The notes under the pieces are model-generated. The model saw only the letters and a list, made by a program, of their open reading frames with translations. It ran no database searches and was not told where the DNA came from. A stretch of 64,000 nucleotides of DNA. It comes from Gemmatimonadota bacterium. Lineage in GTDB: Bacteria > Gemmatimonadota > Gemmatimonadetes > Gemmatimonadales > GWC2-71-9. The stretch is from positions 19,738 to 83,737 of the forward strand of contig JBDUDP010000003.1 in the NCBI GenBank assembly GCA_040002895.1, read 5' to 3'. This document shows, one piece after another, positions 39,279 to 48,678 of this stretch. The position numbers and the translations under genes are program-made. Numbering within the stretch: position 1 is the stretch's first letter; each line of letters starts with the position of its first letter.

Positions 39279-39953
39279 TTACCAGCCGTCGAGTGGCAGA
39301 TCAAAGGGCACCGGATCGTTCAGCGCAAAGGAAAAATGCCACCATTCGTTGGCATAGTTCACGAACCCCTCCGCCGCCATCGCATCACCCAGCAGGCTGC
39401 GGTGCCGAGCCACCTCGCCGGTGGCATTGGCGGTATGAGCCCGCACGGAGAATTCATCGAACGGCGTCCCCATCTCGAGCTCCCGGCCGCTGGCCAGCTC
39501 CACCACGGTCAGGTCGATGGCCACGCCCTGGTTGTGGCGGGAGCGTCGTGCGATGTAGCCATCCTCCAGCAGCGACGTTTTCCCGGTCCGCTCGCACCAT
39601 GCCACCATCGCGAGGGTCGCCCGCACCGGCCGGTAGCCGTCCCAGACCTTCAGGCCATAGCCCTGGGCCACCAGCCGACGCTGGACCCGGGCAAGGGCCA
39701 GCGCGGCCTCGCGCCGCAACAGCGCCCGCGGCGCGCCATACCCCGGCAGCGGCGCCCCGGTGAAGTTGTTGGCCGTGGGGTAACGGAGATCGAGCCGGAT
39801 GCCCGGCACCACCATGGCGAGATCGGCCAATCGGACCCGCGCGAGCGAGTCGGAGGCGACCGTCTGTTCGGTGGCATTGGCCTGCGTTGCCGCGGTCGAC
39901 CGCCCGGCGCAGGCAGCCCCCGCAAGAGTGAGCAGGATCAGGGTGGTTCGCAT
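39279..39953 (-). CDS. ddpX: D-Ala-D-Ala dipeptidase (M15D, VanX/DdpX)
   Basis: 'WDGYRP', 'SRHNQGVAIDLT', 'EWWHF'; lipoprotein-like N-terminus. Confidence 0.9.
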   Translation of the reverse strand: MRTTLILLTLAGAACAGRSTAATQANATEQTVASDSLARVRLADLAMVVPGIRLDLRYPTANNFTGAPLPGYGAPRALLRREAALALARVQRRLVAQGYGLKVWDGYRPVRATLAMVAWCERTGKTSLLEDGYIARRSRHNQGVAIDLTVVELASGRELEMGTPFDEFSVRAHTANATGEVARHRSLLGDAMAAEGFVNYANEWWHFSFALNDPVPFDLPLDGW

Positions 39954-40103
39954 CTGGCGAATCTACCTCGCGGGTGCCGGGGCCGCGCCACCGTCCCTCC
40001 CCTTTCCCGGTGCCAGAGCGTATCTTTTCAGGGTCAATCGCGGTCCACCCGGCCCCCCCGCCAGGTGGACCGCACAGTCTTACTGTCCCCGGAGAACGCT
40101 CCC

Positions 40104-40583
40104 ATGATCAGGGCCATGCGGGAAAAGTTGGGAAAGGAGATCACCGAGCTCACCCATGAGCTCGTGGTCACCCTGCCGCAGGCCATTGCCACGGCCGTCG
40201 AGATGGGCGACCTGCGCGAGAACTCGGAGTACAAGTCCGCCCTGGAGCGCCAGCAGTTCGTGCAGGCTCGACTGGGCCAGCTCCACCAGCGGCTCAACCA
40301 GCTACACGAACTCGCCTCCACTGAGGCCCCCACCGACCGGGTCGGCCTCGGCTCGAAGGTGAAAGTCGAGGACATCGCTACCGGCGACCACGAGGAGTAC
40401 ACCCTCGTGCTGGCGGAGATGATGGACATCGACGCGGGGCACATCTCGCTCGCCTCGCCGCTCGGTCGCGCCCTCAAGGACCGACAGGTGGGCGAGGAAG
40501 TGCAGCTCCAGCTGCCCACCATGCGGCGGAACCTCCGGGTCCTCGAACTCACGACCGTGCACGAAACCGGAGTCGAGGAGTAG
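40104..40583 (+). CDS. greA: GreA/GreB transcription elongation factor
   Basis: 'GDLRENSEY', 'ISLASPLGRAL'. Confidence 0.9.
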   Translation: MIRAMREKLGKEITELTHELVVTLPQAIATAVEMGDLRENSEYKSALERQQFVQARLGQLHQRLNQLHELASTEAPTDRVGLGSKVKVEDIATGDHEEYTLVLAEMMDIDAGHISLASPLGRALKDRQVGEEVQLQLPTMRRNLRVLELTTVHETGVEE

Positions 40584-40587
40584 CCTC

Positions 40588-40965
40588 CTGCGCGCCCTCG
40601 CGCGGGCACTTCGGCTCCGCTGTCCGGTGTGCGGCCGCGCGCCCATCATGCAGAGTTGGTTCCGCGCCACGCACCACTGCGCGGCATGCGGCTTCCGCTT
40701 CGATCGCTCGGAATCGGGTTACGAGGTGGGCAGTCTCGCCGTCAACACCTCGCTGACCCTCGTCCTGCTTGTGGCGGGGATTCTGGCAAGCGTCACCCTC
40801 GGCTGGCCGACACCGAATTGGCAGGCCATCACCATCGCCATGGTCCTCGCCGCGCTCGCGCTGCCGGTGGTGATCTTTCCGTGGAGCAAGGCGCTCTACC
40901 TCGCGCTCGATGTCTCCTTCCGCCCGCCCGCGCCCGGCGACTTCACGGCGACACCACCGGCCTGA
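40588..40965 (+). CDS. DUF983 membrane protein with Zn-finger
   Basis: 'LRCPVCG...CAACG', two TM helices, 'PWSKALYLALD'. Start probably CTG 40588 (the ORF track gives 40627). Confidence 0.75.
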   Translation: MRALARALRLRCPVCGRAPIMQSWFRATHHCAACGFRFDRSESGYEVGSLAVNTSLTLVLLVAGILASVTLGWPTPNWQAITIAMVLAALALPVVIFPWSKALYLALDVSFRPPAPGDFTATPPA

Positions 40966-42508
40966 GCAGCAGATCTTGGAAGTCGTAGGAAAAGTCCACC
41001 GCCGGTGACACCGCGGCCATCCGCACCGCCGCAATCGTCCCACCCGGCGCCTGCTGGAACGTCACGTACGCATCGGCGCGCATGCTGCGATCGCGCCAGC
41101 GAACCACGAAGGTCTCCCCGCCCCAGGGCATCAGGTCGCCCACCATGCCGGGCGTGTGGGTGAAACGCATCACCAGCCCTGATGATTCCGCCGTGATGGT
41201 GACGCGCCCGTACCACGCGTCCTCGTACACGCCGGCGTATTTCGGCAGCGGAAGTGACGGCCGCGCATCGGGATCGCGCGCAATGGTGGGGACATCGGGG
41301 TCAAGATCGGCCCCGGCCCCCGGCAGTCGCGACGCGGCATCGAACCCGGCCAGCCAATCGAAGTCCTCTCCCACGGCATGATCGACCAGTCGCCACGCCA
41401 CAGCATCGCGCGCCGCGCCCGACTCGGCGTTGGTGAGCACCGCGACGGCAAAGCGCTGTCCCGGCATGATCGCCACCCGGGAGACGAAGCCGGCCAGCCC
41501 ACCGGTGTGCGTCAGCAACCGTTGGCCGCGCCAGTCCCGCACGTTGACACCCAGCGCGTAACCGTTGAACGTCGCCCGCATTGGCGCCAGCGGTGCCGGC
41601 GGGACACCCACCGGCATGGGAGTGACGACCTGCCACAACTGCCGTGTTACCGCAGTCGAGAACAGCGGCTTGCCGCTCGCGGTGCGGCCCGAGTCGAGCT
41701 GCACCTCGAGCCACTTCGCCATGTCCTCTGCACTCGCGAGAATGCCGCCGGCGGGATTGGTGTTGGTGCCGTTGCTCGCCTCCACCACCCGCATGGAGCC
41801 GTTCACCACGGCGTGCGGTGTGGCGATGACCGGCAACATCCGCCTCCCAGTGAGCAGGGAGGCATCACGCATGCCGATGGCCGGAAACATCCGGCGCTGC
41901 ACGAATTCCTCCCAGCTCATGCCGCTCACGGCCCGGATGACCTCGCCGGCGACGAGGTAGAGGACGTTGTCATAGGCGTAAGTACTGCGAAACGAGGTGG
42001 CCAGTGGCACGTTCGCGAGTCGGCGGGCGATCTCCTCGCGGTTGTAATCGGTGCTCGGCCAGATCAGCAGATCGCCGGCACCGAGTCCGAGTCCACTGCG
42101 ATGCGTCAGCAGATCGCGAATGGTGAGTTCGGACGTGACGTAGGCGCTGGACATTCGGAACCAGGGCAGATGGTCGATCACGCGATCATCCCAATGCAGC
42201 TTCCCCTCGTCCACCAGCATGCCGAGAGCGCTGGCGGTGAACAGCTTGCTGTTGGAGGCGATGGCAAACGGCGTGCGTGCGGTCACCGGCTCGGGCCGCC
42301 CCAGTGTTTTCACGCCATAACCCTTGGCCAGGATTACCACACCGTCCTGCACCACGGCGACCGCCATGCCCGGCACCTTGTAGCGCGCCATGACCTTGGC
42401 CACATAGGCATCGAAGTTTTTCGGAAGGTAGCGGCTGGGAGCTTGGGCGGGTGCGGCGGCGACGGGGAGGAGCAGTCCGAGGGCGAGCAGGGTGCGGCAC
42501 TGCAGCAT
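40943..42508 (-). CDS. Beta-lactamase-family serine hydrolase with DUF3471
   Basis: SxxK 'ASNSK', YxN 'YDN', 'HTGG', 'YAGVYEDAWYG'. Confidence 0.9.
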   Translation of the reverse strand: MLQCRTLLALGLLLPVAAAPAQAPSRYLPKNFDAYVAKVMARYKVPGMAVAVVQDGVVILAKGYGVKTLGRPEPVTARTPFAIASNSKLFTASALGMLVDEGKLHWDDRVIDHLPWFRMSSAYVTSELTIRDLLTHRSGLGLGAGDLLIWPSTDYNREEIARRLANVPLATSFRSTYAYDNVLYLVAGEVIRAVSGMSWEEFVQRRMFPAIGMRDASLLTGRRMLPVIATPHAVVNGSMRVVEASNGTNTNPAGGILASAEDMAKWLEVQLDSGRTASGKPLFSTAVTRQLWQVVTPMPVGVPPAPLAPMRATFNGYALGVNVRDWRGQRLLTHTGGLAGFVSRVAIMPGQRFAVAVLTNAESGAARDAVAWRLVDHAVGEDFDWLAGFDAASRLPGAGADLDPDVPTIARDPDARPSLPLPKYAGVYEDAWYGRVTITAESSGLVMRFTHTPGMVGDLMPWGGETFVVRWRDRSMRADAYVTFQQAPGGTIAAVRMAAVSPAVDFSYDFQDLLLRPVVSP

Positions 42509-42990
42509 CAGCGAATCTCCGGATGGGTGACGGCAACGAGGGTGATGTCAAAGACGAGATCGGCATTCGGGGGCACCGGGCCGCTCCCCTTGGCACCGTA
42601 GCCGAGGGCGGCGGGAACGATCAACTGGCGCCTTCCGCCCACGCGCATCCCCACGACCCCATCCTCCCACCCCGCAATCACGCGATCGGCGCCAAGCGGA
42701 AAGCGAAACGGGTGGGCATCGGTGGCGGTGAAGCGGGTACCGTCCGTCAGGAAGCCGACGAAATGCACGGCCACGGTATCTCCCGCGCTGACCGGGGAGC
42801 CTTCCCCCGGTTGCACATCGTGATACCAGACTCCGCGACCGGTGGTGTGGAGCGAATCCTCGGGGATGCCCAGGGTGTTCGAGAGATGATAGCTCGCCAC
42901 CGGAGAGAGCGGCTTCAACCGGAGCGATTGAGCGCCCGCCGGGAGTGCCGCGCTGCACAGCAACCCGCCCAGCAACCATCCATGCGCCAT
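42508..42990 (-). CDS. FKBP-type peptidyl-prolyl isomerase
   Basis: 'VIAGWEDGVVGMRVGGRR', 'LGYG', 'PPNADLVF'. Confidence 0.9.
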   Translation of the reverse strand: MAHGWLLGGLLCSAALPAGAQSLRLKPLSPVASYHLSNTLGIPEDSLHTTGRGVWYHDVQPGEGSPVSAGDTVAVHFVGFLTDGTRFTATDAHPFRFPLGADRVIAGWEDGVVGMRVGGRRQLIVPAALGYGAKGSGPVPPNADLVFDITLVAVTHPEIR

Positions 42991-43001
42991 GCTGCGCCGA
43001 C

Positions 43002-43517
43002 TCAGATGTAGCGGGCGACGGCCATGGTGACCACGGTCAGCACCATGAGCGCCATCGCGGTCGCGCCGAAGCGGATGAGGCGACCGCGCGCAGCCATCAT
43101 TCGCATCCCGACCGCACTGCGGGCATCATCGGACGGAGCCGTGGCCATCTCACCGGCCAGACTGGCCATCTCGGTGCCCAGCGGATGGATCACGAAGAGG
43201 CCGATCAGCCAGGCGACCGTGGCCATCAGCATGCCGGTGGAGATCGCCATACCGAGGTGTGATCGAAACCATTCCGGCTGGAATCCGGCCGAGTCGATCC
43301 ACACCAGGCCGAGGCCGGCGAGAATGGTGATGGCACCTGCGCCCAGCAGGTGATCCATGAAATGCCGTCGCCGCAGTTCCTGCATCACCTTCATCCCCTC
43401 AGGGCCAGCGGCCATCACGCTTGGCCCCACCAGCAGGTTGAGGAAGATCACCGCGCCCACCCAGAAGACGCCGGCAATGAGGTGGATGATCCGCAGGATG
43501 ATCACGAGTCCGGTCAT
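43002..43517 (-). CDS. Hypothetical four-TM membrane protein
   Basis: 'LRIIHLIAGVFWVG' and hydrophobic helices; start overlaps the upstream stop. Confidence 0.7.
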   Translation of the reverse strand: MTGLVIILRIIHLIAGVFWVGAVIFLNLLVGPSVMAAGPEGMKVMQELRRRHFMDHLLGAGAITILAGLGLVWIDSAGFQPEWFRSHLGMAISTGMLMATVAWLIGLFVIHPLGTEMASLAGEMATAPSDDARSAVGMRMMAARGRLIRFGATAMALMVLTVVTMAVARYI

Positions 43518-43921
43518 GTGGGGCTTCCGGTTGAGGGTTGATCCCTGATGGTCTGGCGCGCCTTCGAAGCCAGGAGTTGGAATTCCGAACGGATCTGGTC
43601 GAGTTCGTCCTCCTCCAGCTCCTCGAGGTCCAACATGCAATTGTTGGCGACCTCGATCGACCGGATGATCTCGTCCAGTTTCACGTGCATCGCCTCCGAA
43701 TCACGATTCTGGGTGCTCTGGATCACGAACACCATGAGAAAGGTGATCACGGTGGTGCTGGTGTTGATGACCAGCTGCCAGGTGTCGCTGTAATGAAAGA
43801 TCGGACCGGTCAGCGCCCACAGCAGGATCAGCCCGGCGGCCGCCAGAAAGGTGAGCGGCTTGCCGCTGATCCTGGCGGCCCCACGGGTGAAGTGGGTGAA
43901 CCAGGTGGTGCTACGAGGCAT
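43514..43921 (-). CDS. Low-affinity iron permease family protein
   Basis: 'YSDTWQLVINTSTTVITFLMVFVIQSTQNRD', 'KLDE'. Confidence 0.9.
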   Translation of the reverse strand: MPRSTTWFTHFTRGAARISGKPLTFLAAAGLILLWALTGPIFHYSDTWQLVINTSTTVITFLMVFVIQSTQNRDSEAMHVKLDEIIRSIEVANNCMLDLEELEEDELDQIRSEFQLLASKARQTIRDQPSTGSPT

Positions 43922-43963
43922 GGATGCTCCGGGAAGGATCGTGCGTCCTGCGGTCAAACGTCA

Positions 43964-43989
43964 CGGCGCCGGGGAAAGCCCCGGCGCCG
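43964..43989 (-). terminator. GC-rich hairpin downstream of the desaturase
   Basis: cggcgccgggg-aaag-ccccggcgccg; the U-tract is weak. Confidence 0.55.
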
Positions 43990-43998
43990 CGCCCTGGG

Positions 43999-45117
43999 TT
44001 ATGCGGCCGCGTGCAGCGGTTCGCCCACCGGCACGGGATCGGTGCGGCCAAACAGCTGCAGCGTCCGCAGGTGCGAGCGGATGGCGCCGCGCATGGTGGC
44101 GTGACTGTTATACGGCAAGCCGTGCTTCGCCGCAAGCTCCCGGACGATCTCGCTCAGCGCGGGATAGTGGATGCTGCAGACCTTGGGAAAGAGATGGTGC
44201 TCCACCTGGAAGTTCAACCCGCCCACGTACCAGTTGAGCACACGGTTGGTCGGCCCGAAGTTGGCCGTGGTGGCGAGCTCGTGCACCACCCAGCTCTGCG
44301 GCATGGCGTTCTGGGCATTCGGCTCCGGATGCATCGTCTCTTCCACCACGTGGGCCAGCTGGAAGACGATGCCGAGCGCGATGCCGGCGACGGCGTGCAC
44401 CGTGAGCAGGCCGATGGTGATCTGCCACCACGGCAACTGAATCACGAGGAACGGGATGACCAGTGCCCAGCTGTAGTAGATCACCTTGCCGATCCCGACA
44501 CCAGCGAGGTCCTTCAGGGCGTGCTTGCGATCGGCATAGGGTCCGAGATCCTTCGCGGCGAGGTACTTGTAATCCTTGACGAAGACCCAGAATAGTGTGG
44601 TCATCGAATAGAGCGGGATCGCGTACCAGGCCTGCCAACGCTGGAACCAGTGGCGCGGAGCGTGGGGCGAGAGCCGCAGCAGAGGCGAGACCGAGAGGTC
44701 CTCGTCAGCGCCGTGGATGTTGGTGTAGGTGTGGTGAATCACATTGTGGGTGATTCGCCAGAGGTAGCTGCTGCCGCCGACCAGATCGAACGACCAGCCG
44801 ATGACCTTGTTGATCTTGGGATTCTCGGAGTAGGCCCCGTGCACGGCATCGTGGCCGATGGCGAAGCCGATCCCCGCCATGCCGATTCCGAGCAACACGG
44901 CGAGTCCCAGCATCGTGAGCGGGGAGAAGCGGTTGCTGAGGATCAAGCCATAGGGGACGAAGGTCAGGGCGAGCAGGCAGACGGTCTTGAACACCATCCC
45001 GGCATTCGCCTTCTGCGACACGCCGCGCTTCGCAAAATATTCGTCAACCAGGACGCGGAGTTCCTGCAAAAAGGCATTGCCATCACGCACGGGAAAGGTC
45101 GGGCATCCTCGAGTCAC
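43999..45117 (-). CDS. Membrane fatty-acid (acyl-CoA) desaturase
   Basis: His boxes 'HDAVH', 'HNVIHH', 'QVEHHLFP'. Confidence 0.92.
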   Translation of the reverse strand: MTRGCPTFPVRDGNAFLQELRVLVDEYFAKRGVSQKANAGMVFKTVCLLALTFVPYGLILSNRFSPLTMLGLAVLLGIGMAGIGFAIGHDAVHGAYSENPKINKVIGWSFDLVGGSSYLWRITHNVIHHTYTNIHGADEDLSVSPLLRLSPHAPRHWFQRWQAWYAIPLYSMTTLFWVFVKDYKYLAAKDLGPYADRKHALKDLAGVGIGKVIYYSWALVIPFLVIQLPWWQITIGLLTVHAVAGIALGIVFQLAHVVEETMHPEPNAQNAMPQSWVVHELATTANFGPTNRVLNWYVGGLNFQVEHHLFPKVCSIHYPALSEIVRELAAKHGLPYNSHATMRGAIRSHLRTLQLFGRTDPVPVGEPLHAAA

Positions 45118-45418
45118 GCAGAAACCTCAATTCGGTTGGGCACGGGGGGGCCACATTCAAGCTAGGGAGACAGCTGTGCCACCGCTATCCGTGTCCCGGA
45201 ACGGAACGGATCCATCCCCCCATGGGGCTGGGGCCGGTTCGAGTCACGAAGCCACCTGTGAACCCCTGAATCGATCGTCGCCATGGAACCCAAGTGCCAC
45301 GCGGGCAAAGAGTTGTGGGTTTGGGGTCGGCCAAGTGTGCGGCGGAGGAGCGCGCCACACGGCCACGGGCCCATCCGAGCAGCTGGTTCCCTCGACTCCC
45401 ACCCGCTACCCTCCCCGG

Positions 45419-45898
45419 ATGACCATCTCCCGCAAGTCGCTGGTACCTCGTGCCCTGCTGGTCCTCTTCGTCATCGCGGGACTGTACCACTACCGGATCA
45501 CCCCCTCGCGCCCGACGACCTCACCCCCTGCGTCTCGAATTGATCCGGGCACCCCTGACCACTTCGACGGCAATCGCGAACTCATCGACGCCGCCAACCA
45601 GCAGCACTCACAAGTGCAGCTCTCCGCCCGCGGGCACATCACCCGGCTCCTTCCCGACGACAACGATGGCAGCAGACACCAGAAGTTCCTGCTCCGCGCC
45701 ACCGGAGATCTCACCGTCCTGGTGGTCTACAACCTCGACCTCGCACCACGCATCCCCGCCGCCGTGGGCGACTCGGTCGCGGTACGAGGGGTCTACATCT
45801 GGAATGAGAAGGGTGGCCTGATCCACTGGACCCACCACGACCCGTCCCGGAAACACGCTCCCGGCTGGGTCGATCTCGGAGGCAAGCGCTACCAGTAG
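45419..45898 (+). CDS. DUF3465 domain protein
   Basis: 'LLPDDNDGSRHQKF', 'GGLIHWTHHDP'. Confidence 0.85.
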   Translation: MTISRKSLVPRALLVLFVIAGLYHYRITPSRPTTSPPASRIDPGTPDHFDGNRELIDAANQQHSQVQLSARGHITRLLPDDNDGSRHQKFLLRATGDLTVLVVYNLDLAPRIPAAVGDSVAVRGVYIWNEKGGLIHWTHHDPSRKHAPGWVDLGGKRYQ

Positions 45899-45901
45899 TG
45901 C

Positions 45902-45936
45902 TTCTCTCTCTCCTCTCTCCTCTCTCCTCTCTTCTC
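45902..45936. repeat. (TCTCTCC)3 heptamer tract
   Basis: Direct reading. Confidence 0.8.
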
Positions 45937-45943
45937 GCCACTG

Positions 45944-45970
45944 TGCAACTATTGCAAGGCGTCGCATCTC
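45944..45970 (+). promoter_or_regulatory. Possible ECF-type promoter (GCAAC...CATCT) for the VIT-vWA/ECF unit
   Basis: AAC-containing -35 and TCT-containing -10 at near-ECF spacing, about 30 nt before the ATG. Confidence 0.3.
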
Positions 45971-46000
45971 CCGGCCGAACCCTGAACCGGTGAGGATCCC

Positions 46001-48181
46001 ATGCGTCGCACCTCCTTGACCCTGCTGCTGCTTGCCACCGCGCCCACTGCCCTGCTGGCCCAGGGCTGGATTGAACCCGACCGCCCCGTGGGGCCGATCC
46101 GGAACTCACCCTCAATTGTTCGCGTCGGCTCCACCGTGCACGTGACGGTGGATGGTCGCGTGGCCCGCTTCGAGGTCGAGGAACGTTTCCGCAACACCGG
46201 CGGCGGCATCGCCGAAGGGAGCTACCTCTATCCGCTACCGGGCGAGGCGGTGTTCAGCGACTTCTCGCTCTTTCAGGGCGAACAGGAGTTGAAGGGCGAG
46301 ATGATGAACGCCGAGCAGGCGCGCACCATTTACGAAGGCATCGTGCGACGGCTCAAGGATCCCGCCCTGCTGACGCTCGCCGGGCATGGCTTGATCCGGG
46401 CGCAGGTGTTCCCGGTGCAGCCGGGTGAGACCCGCAAGGTGATCCTGCGCTTCACCCAACTGTTGGCGCGTGAGGGCGATGCCCTGCGACTGCGCTATGC
46501 CGCCGGCGATCGCGGTGATGCCCCGGTTACCGTCGGCATCGACATCGCCCGTGAACGCGAGTTCGCGACCACGTATTCCCCCACCCATCCGATCACCGAG
46601 ACCCGCCGCAACGGCACGCTGCACATTGCCGTCACGCCGCCGGTGCGCGGCGACATCGACCTGGTGTTGCCGTTCCGGCGTGGCCTCGTGGGCGGCACCG
46701 TGCTCACCCACGCCGAACCCGGTGAGGATGGCTTCGCCCTGCTCTTCCTCGCGCCGCCCGCCTCAGACGAAACGGTGGCAGTGGCACGGGACCTCACCTT
46801 TGTCGTTGACATCTCCGGATCGATGAGTGGCGAGAAGATGGAGCAAGCCAAGCGCGCACTGCATCAGGCACTCGCCGGGCTGCATGCGGGCGACCGTTTC
46901 CGTCTGGTGGCCTTCAGTAACGCGGTGCGGCAATACCGCGAAGGCTTCACCCCGGTGACTCGCACCACGATCGCCGACGCCGATCGTTTCGTCGAGGCGC
47001 TCAACCCGAACGGCGGCACCAACCTCGAGGGTGCCATCGCAGCCGCACTCGCACTGCGCAGCGACCCCGAGCGAATGGCGATGGTCTTCCTCATCACTGA
47101 TGGCATTCCCTCAGTTGGGGAGCAGGCCCCCGACCGCATTGCTGCAGGGGCGGCGGGACACATCGGCCGCAATCGCATCTTCACGGTCGGCGTGGGACAG
47201 GACGTCAACACCTACCTGCTCGATCGCCTCGCCGTCGAGGGTCGCGGCAGCGCCACCTACGTTGCTCCTGGCGCCGATGTCGGCGATGCCATCGGTGGCG
47301 TGATGACCAAGCTCTCGCGCCCCGCACTGGTGGACCTGCGCATCATCAGCGCGCCGGTGCGCTTCCTCGACGAGGCACCGGGCACGCTGCCCGACCTCTT
47401 CTTCGGCGAGGAGCTGGTGATCCTGGCGCGCTATCATGGTGAGGGCAGCGGCGACGTGGTGATTGAGGGGAGCCGCAACGGTCGCCGCGAGCGCTTCACC
47501 GTGCAGGGCACCTTCGCGTCCCACGCCCGTGGCAACGACTACATCCCGCCGCTTTGGGCCGCGCGGCGCATCGGTGAGCTTTCGCGCCAGGCGCGCCTCG
47601 AAGGAACGAGCCCCCGGCTGATCGGCCAGATCCGTGAGCTCGGCCTGCGCTACGGCATCCTCACCGAATACACCTCCTATCTGGTGCAGGAGCCGGGCAC
47701 CCTCGCCAGCATGCCGACACCGCCGGCCGCTTCCGGTGCCGCGGCCGCGCGGGAGATGACCGGGGCGCAGGCGTTCAACGCCGCCAAGGCGAGTGCCAAC
47801 ATGTCGCGCAGTGCCACGCTGGCGGATGCCAATCGCGAGGTCGAGCGTCGCATGGATCAGGTCGCGAGCGCTCGCCCCCGCGACGAAAGCGGCGAGTCGG
47901 CCCAGATCAAGCGGGCGGGCGGACGCCTCTTTGCCCTCCGCGGCGGCGTCTGGACCGATGTAGGACATCGCGACTCACTGAAGCTGACCACCATCGCCCC
48001 CTTCTCGCGGGCATATTTCGATCTGGTCGCCATGCGTCCTGCGCTTGCGGCGGCCTTGGCCATCGGCACTCCCGCCATCCTGGGCGGGCAGCGGGCGAGT
48101 CTCAAGCTCGCCGATGGGGGCATGACCGACTGGACCCCTGGCGCCATGGATCGTTTTCTCCGGGACTTCGAGGGCCGGTGA
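46001..48181 (+). CDS. Exported VIT + vWA domain protein
   Basis: Signal peptide, VIT region, MIDAS 'DISGSM', 'GGTN', 'ITDG'. Confidence 0.9.
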   Translation: MRRTSLTLLLLATAPTALLAQGWIEPDRPVGPIRNSPSIVRVGSTVHVTVDGRVARFEVEERFRNTGGGIAEGSYLYPLPGEAVFSDFSLFQGEQELKGEMMNAEQARTIYEGIVRRLKDPALLTLAGHGLIRAQVFPVQPGETRKVILRFTQLLAREGDALRLRYAAGDRGDAPVTVGIDIAREREFATTYSPTHPITETRRNGTLHIAVTPPVRGDIDLVLPFRRGLVGGTVLTHAEPGEDGFALLFLAPPASDETVAVARDLTFVVDISGSMSGEKMEQAKRALHQALAGLHAGDRFRLVAFSNAVRQYREGFTPVTRTTIADADRFVEALNPNGGTNLEGAIAAALALRSDPERMAMVFLITDGIPSVGEQAPDRIAAGAAGHIGRNRIFTVGVGQDVNTYLLDRLAVEGRGSATYVAPGADVGDAIGGVMTKLSRPALVDLRIISAPVRFLDEAPGTLPDLFFGEELVILARYHGEGSGDVVIEGSRNGRRERFTVQGTFASHARGNDYIPPLWAARRIGELSRQARLEGTSPRLIGQIRELGLRYGILTEYTSYLVQEPGTLASMPTPPAASGAAAAREMTGAQAFNAAKASANMSRSATLADANREVERRMDQVASARPRDESGESAQIKRAGGRLFALRGGVWTDVGHRDSLKLTTIAPFSRAYFDLVAMRPALAAALAIGTPAILGGQRASLKLADGGMTDWTPGAMDRFLRDFEGR

Positions 48182-48678
48182 CCGCAGCGATCGCAGCACT
48201 CTTCGAGGAGTATCACGCGTCGCTCGTGCGCATGTTGACCCGGCGCACGGGCGACAGTGATCGGGCCGAGGAGATTGCGCAGGAAGTGTTTGCGCGGGCG
48301 GTGGTCGCACCGCCGCGCAATCCGCGCCCCTGGCTCTTTGCAGTGGCGCTCAACCTCGTGCGTGAGGAGGGGCGACGCCGCGTGACCCACGAACGTCGCC
48401 TGATGCTCTACAAGGCGGAGCAACCGGCATCGGCCGAGGCCCCTGACGAGGTGATGGATCGCAACGACCGCATCACTGCAGTGCGGACGGCACTTGATCA
48501 ACTCACCGAACGCGATCGCGATGCGCTGCTGCTCAAGGCCGAGGGTTTCAGTTACGACGACATCGCCGCCACGCTGGGCCTCTCGCGCGGTGCCATCGGC
48601 ACCACCCTCTCGCGCGCACGCGCTCGGCTGGTCGAGGCCTATCACGCAGGGAAGGAGCCGCACGATGCCGCATCTTGA
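48178..48678 (+). CDS. ECF RNA polymerase sigma factor
   Basis: 'AEEIAQEVF', 'WLFAVALN', 'GFSYDDIA', 'LSRARARL'. Confidence 0.9.
   Translation: MTAAIAALFEEYHASLVRMLTRRTGDSDRAEEIAQEVFARAVVAPPRNPRPWLFAVALNLVREEGRRRVTHERRLMLYKAEQPASAEAPDEVMDRNDRITAVRTALDQLTERDRDALLLKAEGFSYDDIAATLGLSRGAIGTTLSRARARLVEAYHAGKEPHDAAS

Noticed and set aside
37971..40583. 870-aa plus-strand ORF
   Set aside because: Antisense shadow of ctaC and ddpX running into the real greA frame; only 40104-40583 is protein-like.
39279..42508. VanX-like and beta-lactamase-fold genes as resistance determinants
   Set aside because: No vanHA/vanRS cluster; both families are common housekeeping hydrolases.
45225..45255. GGTTCGAGTC, tRNA T-loop-like
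   Set aside because: No pairing T-stem, acceptor stem or cloverleaf.
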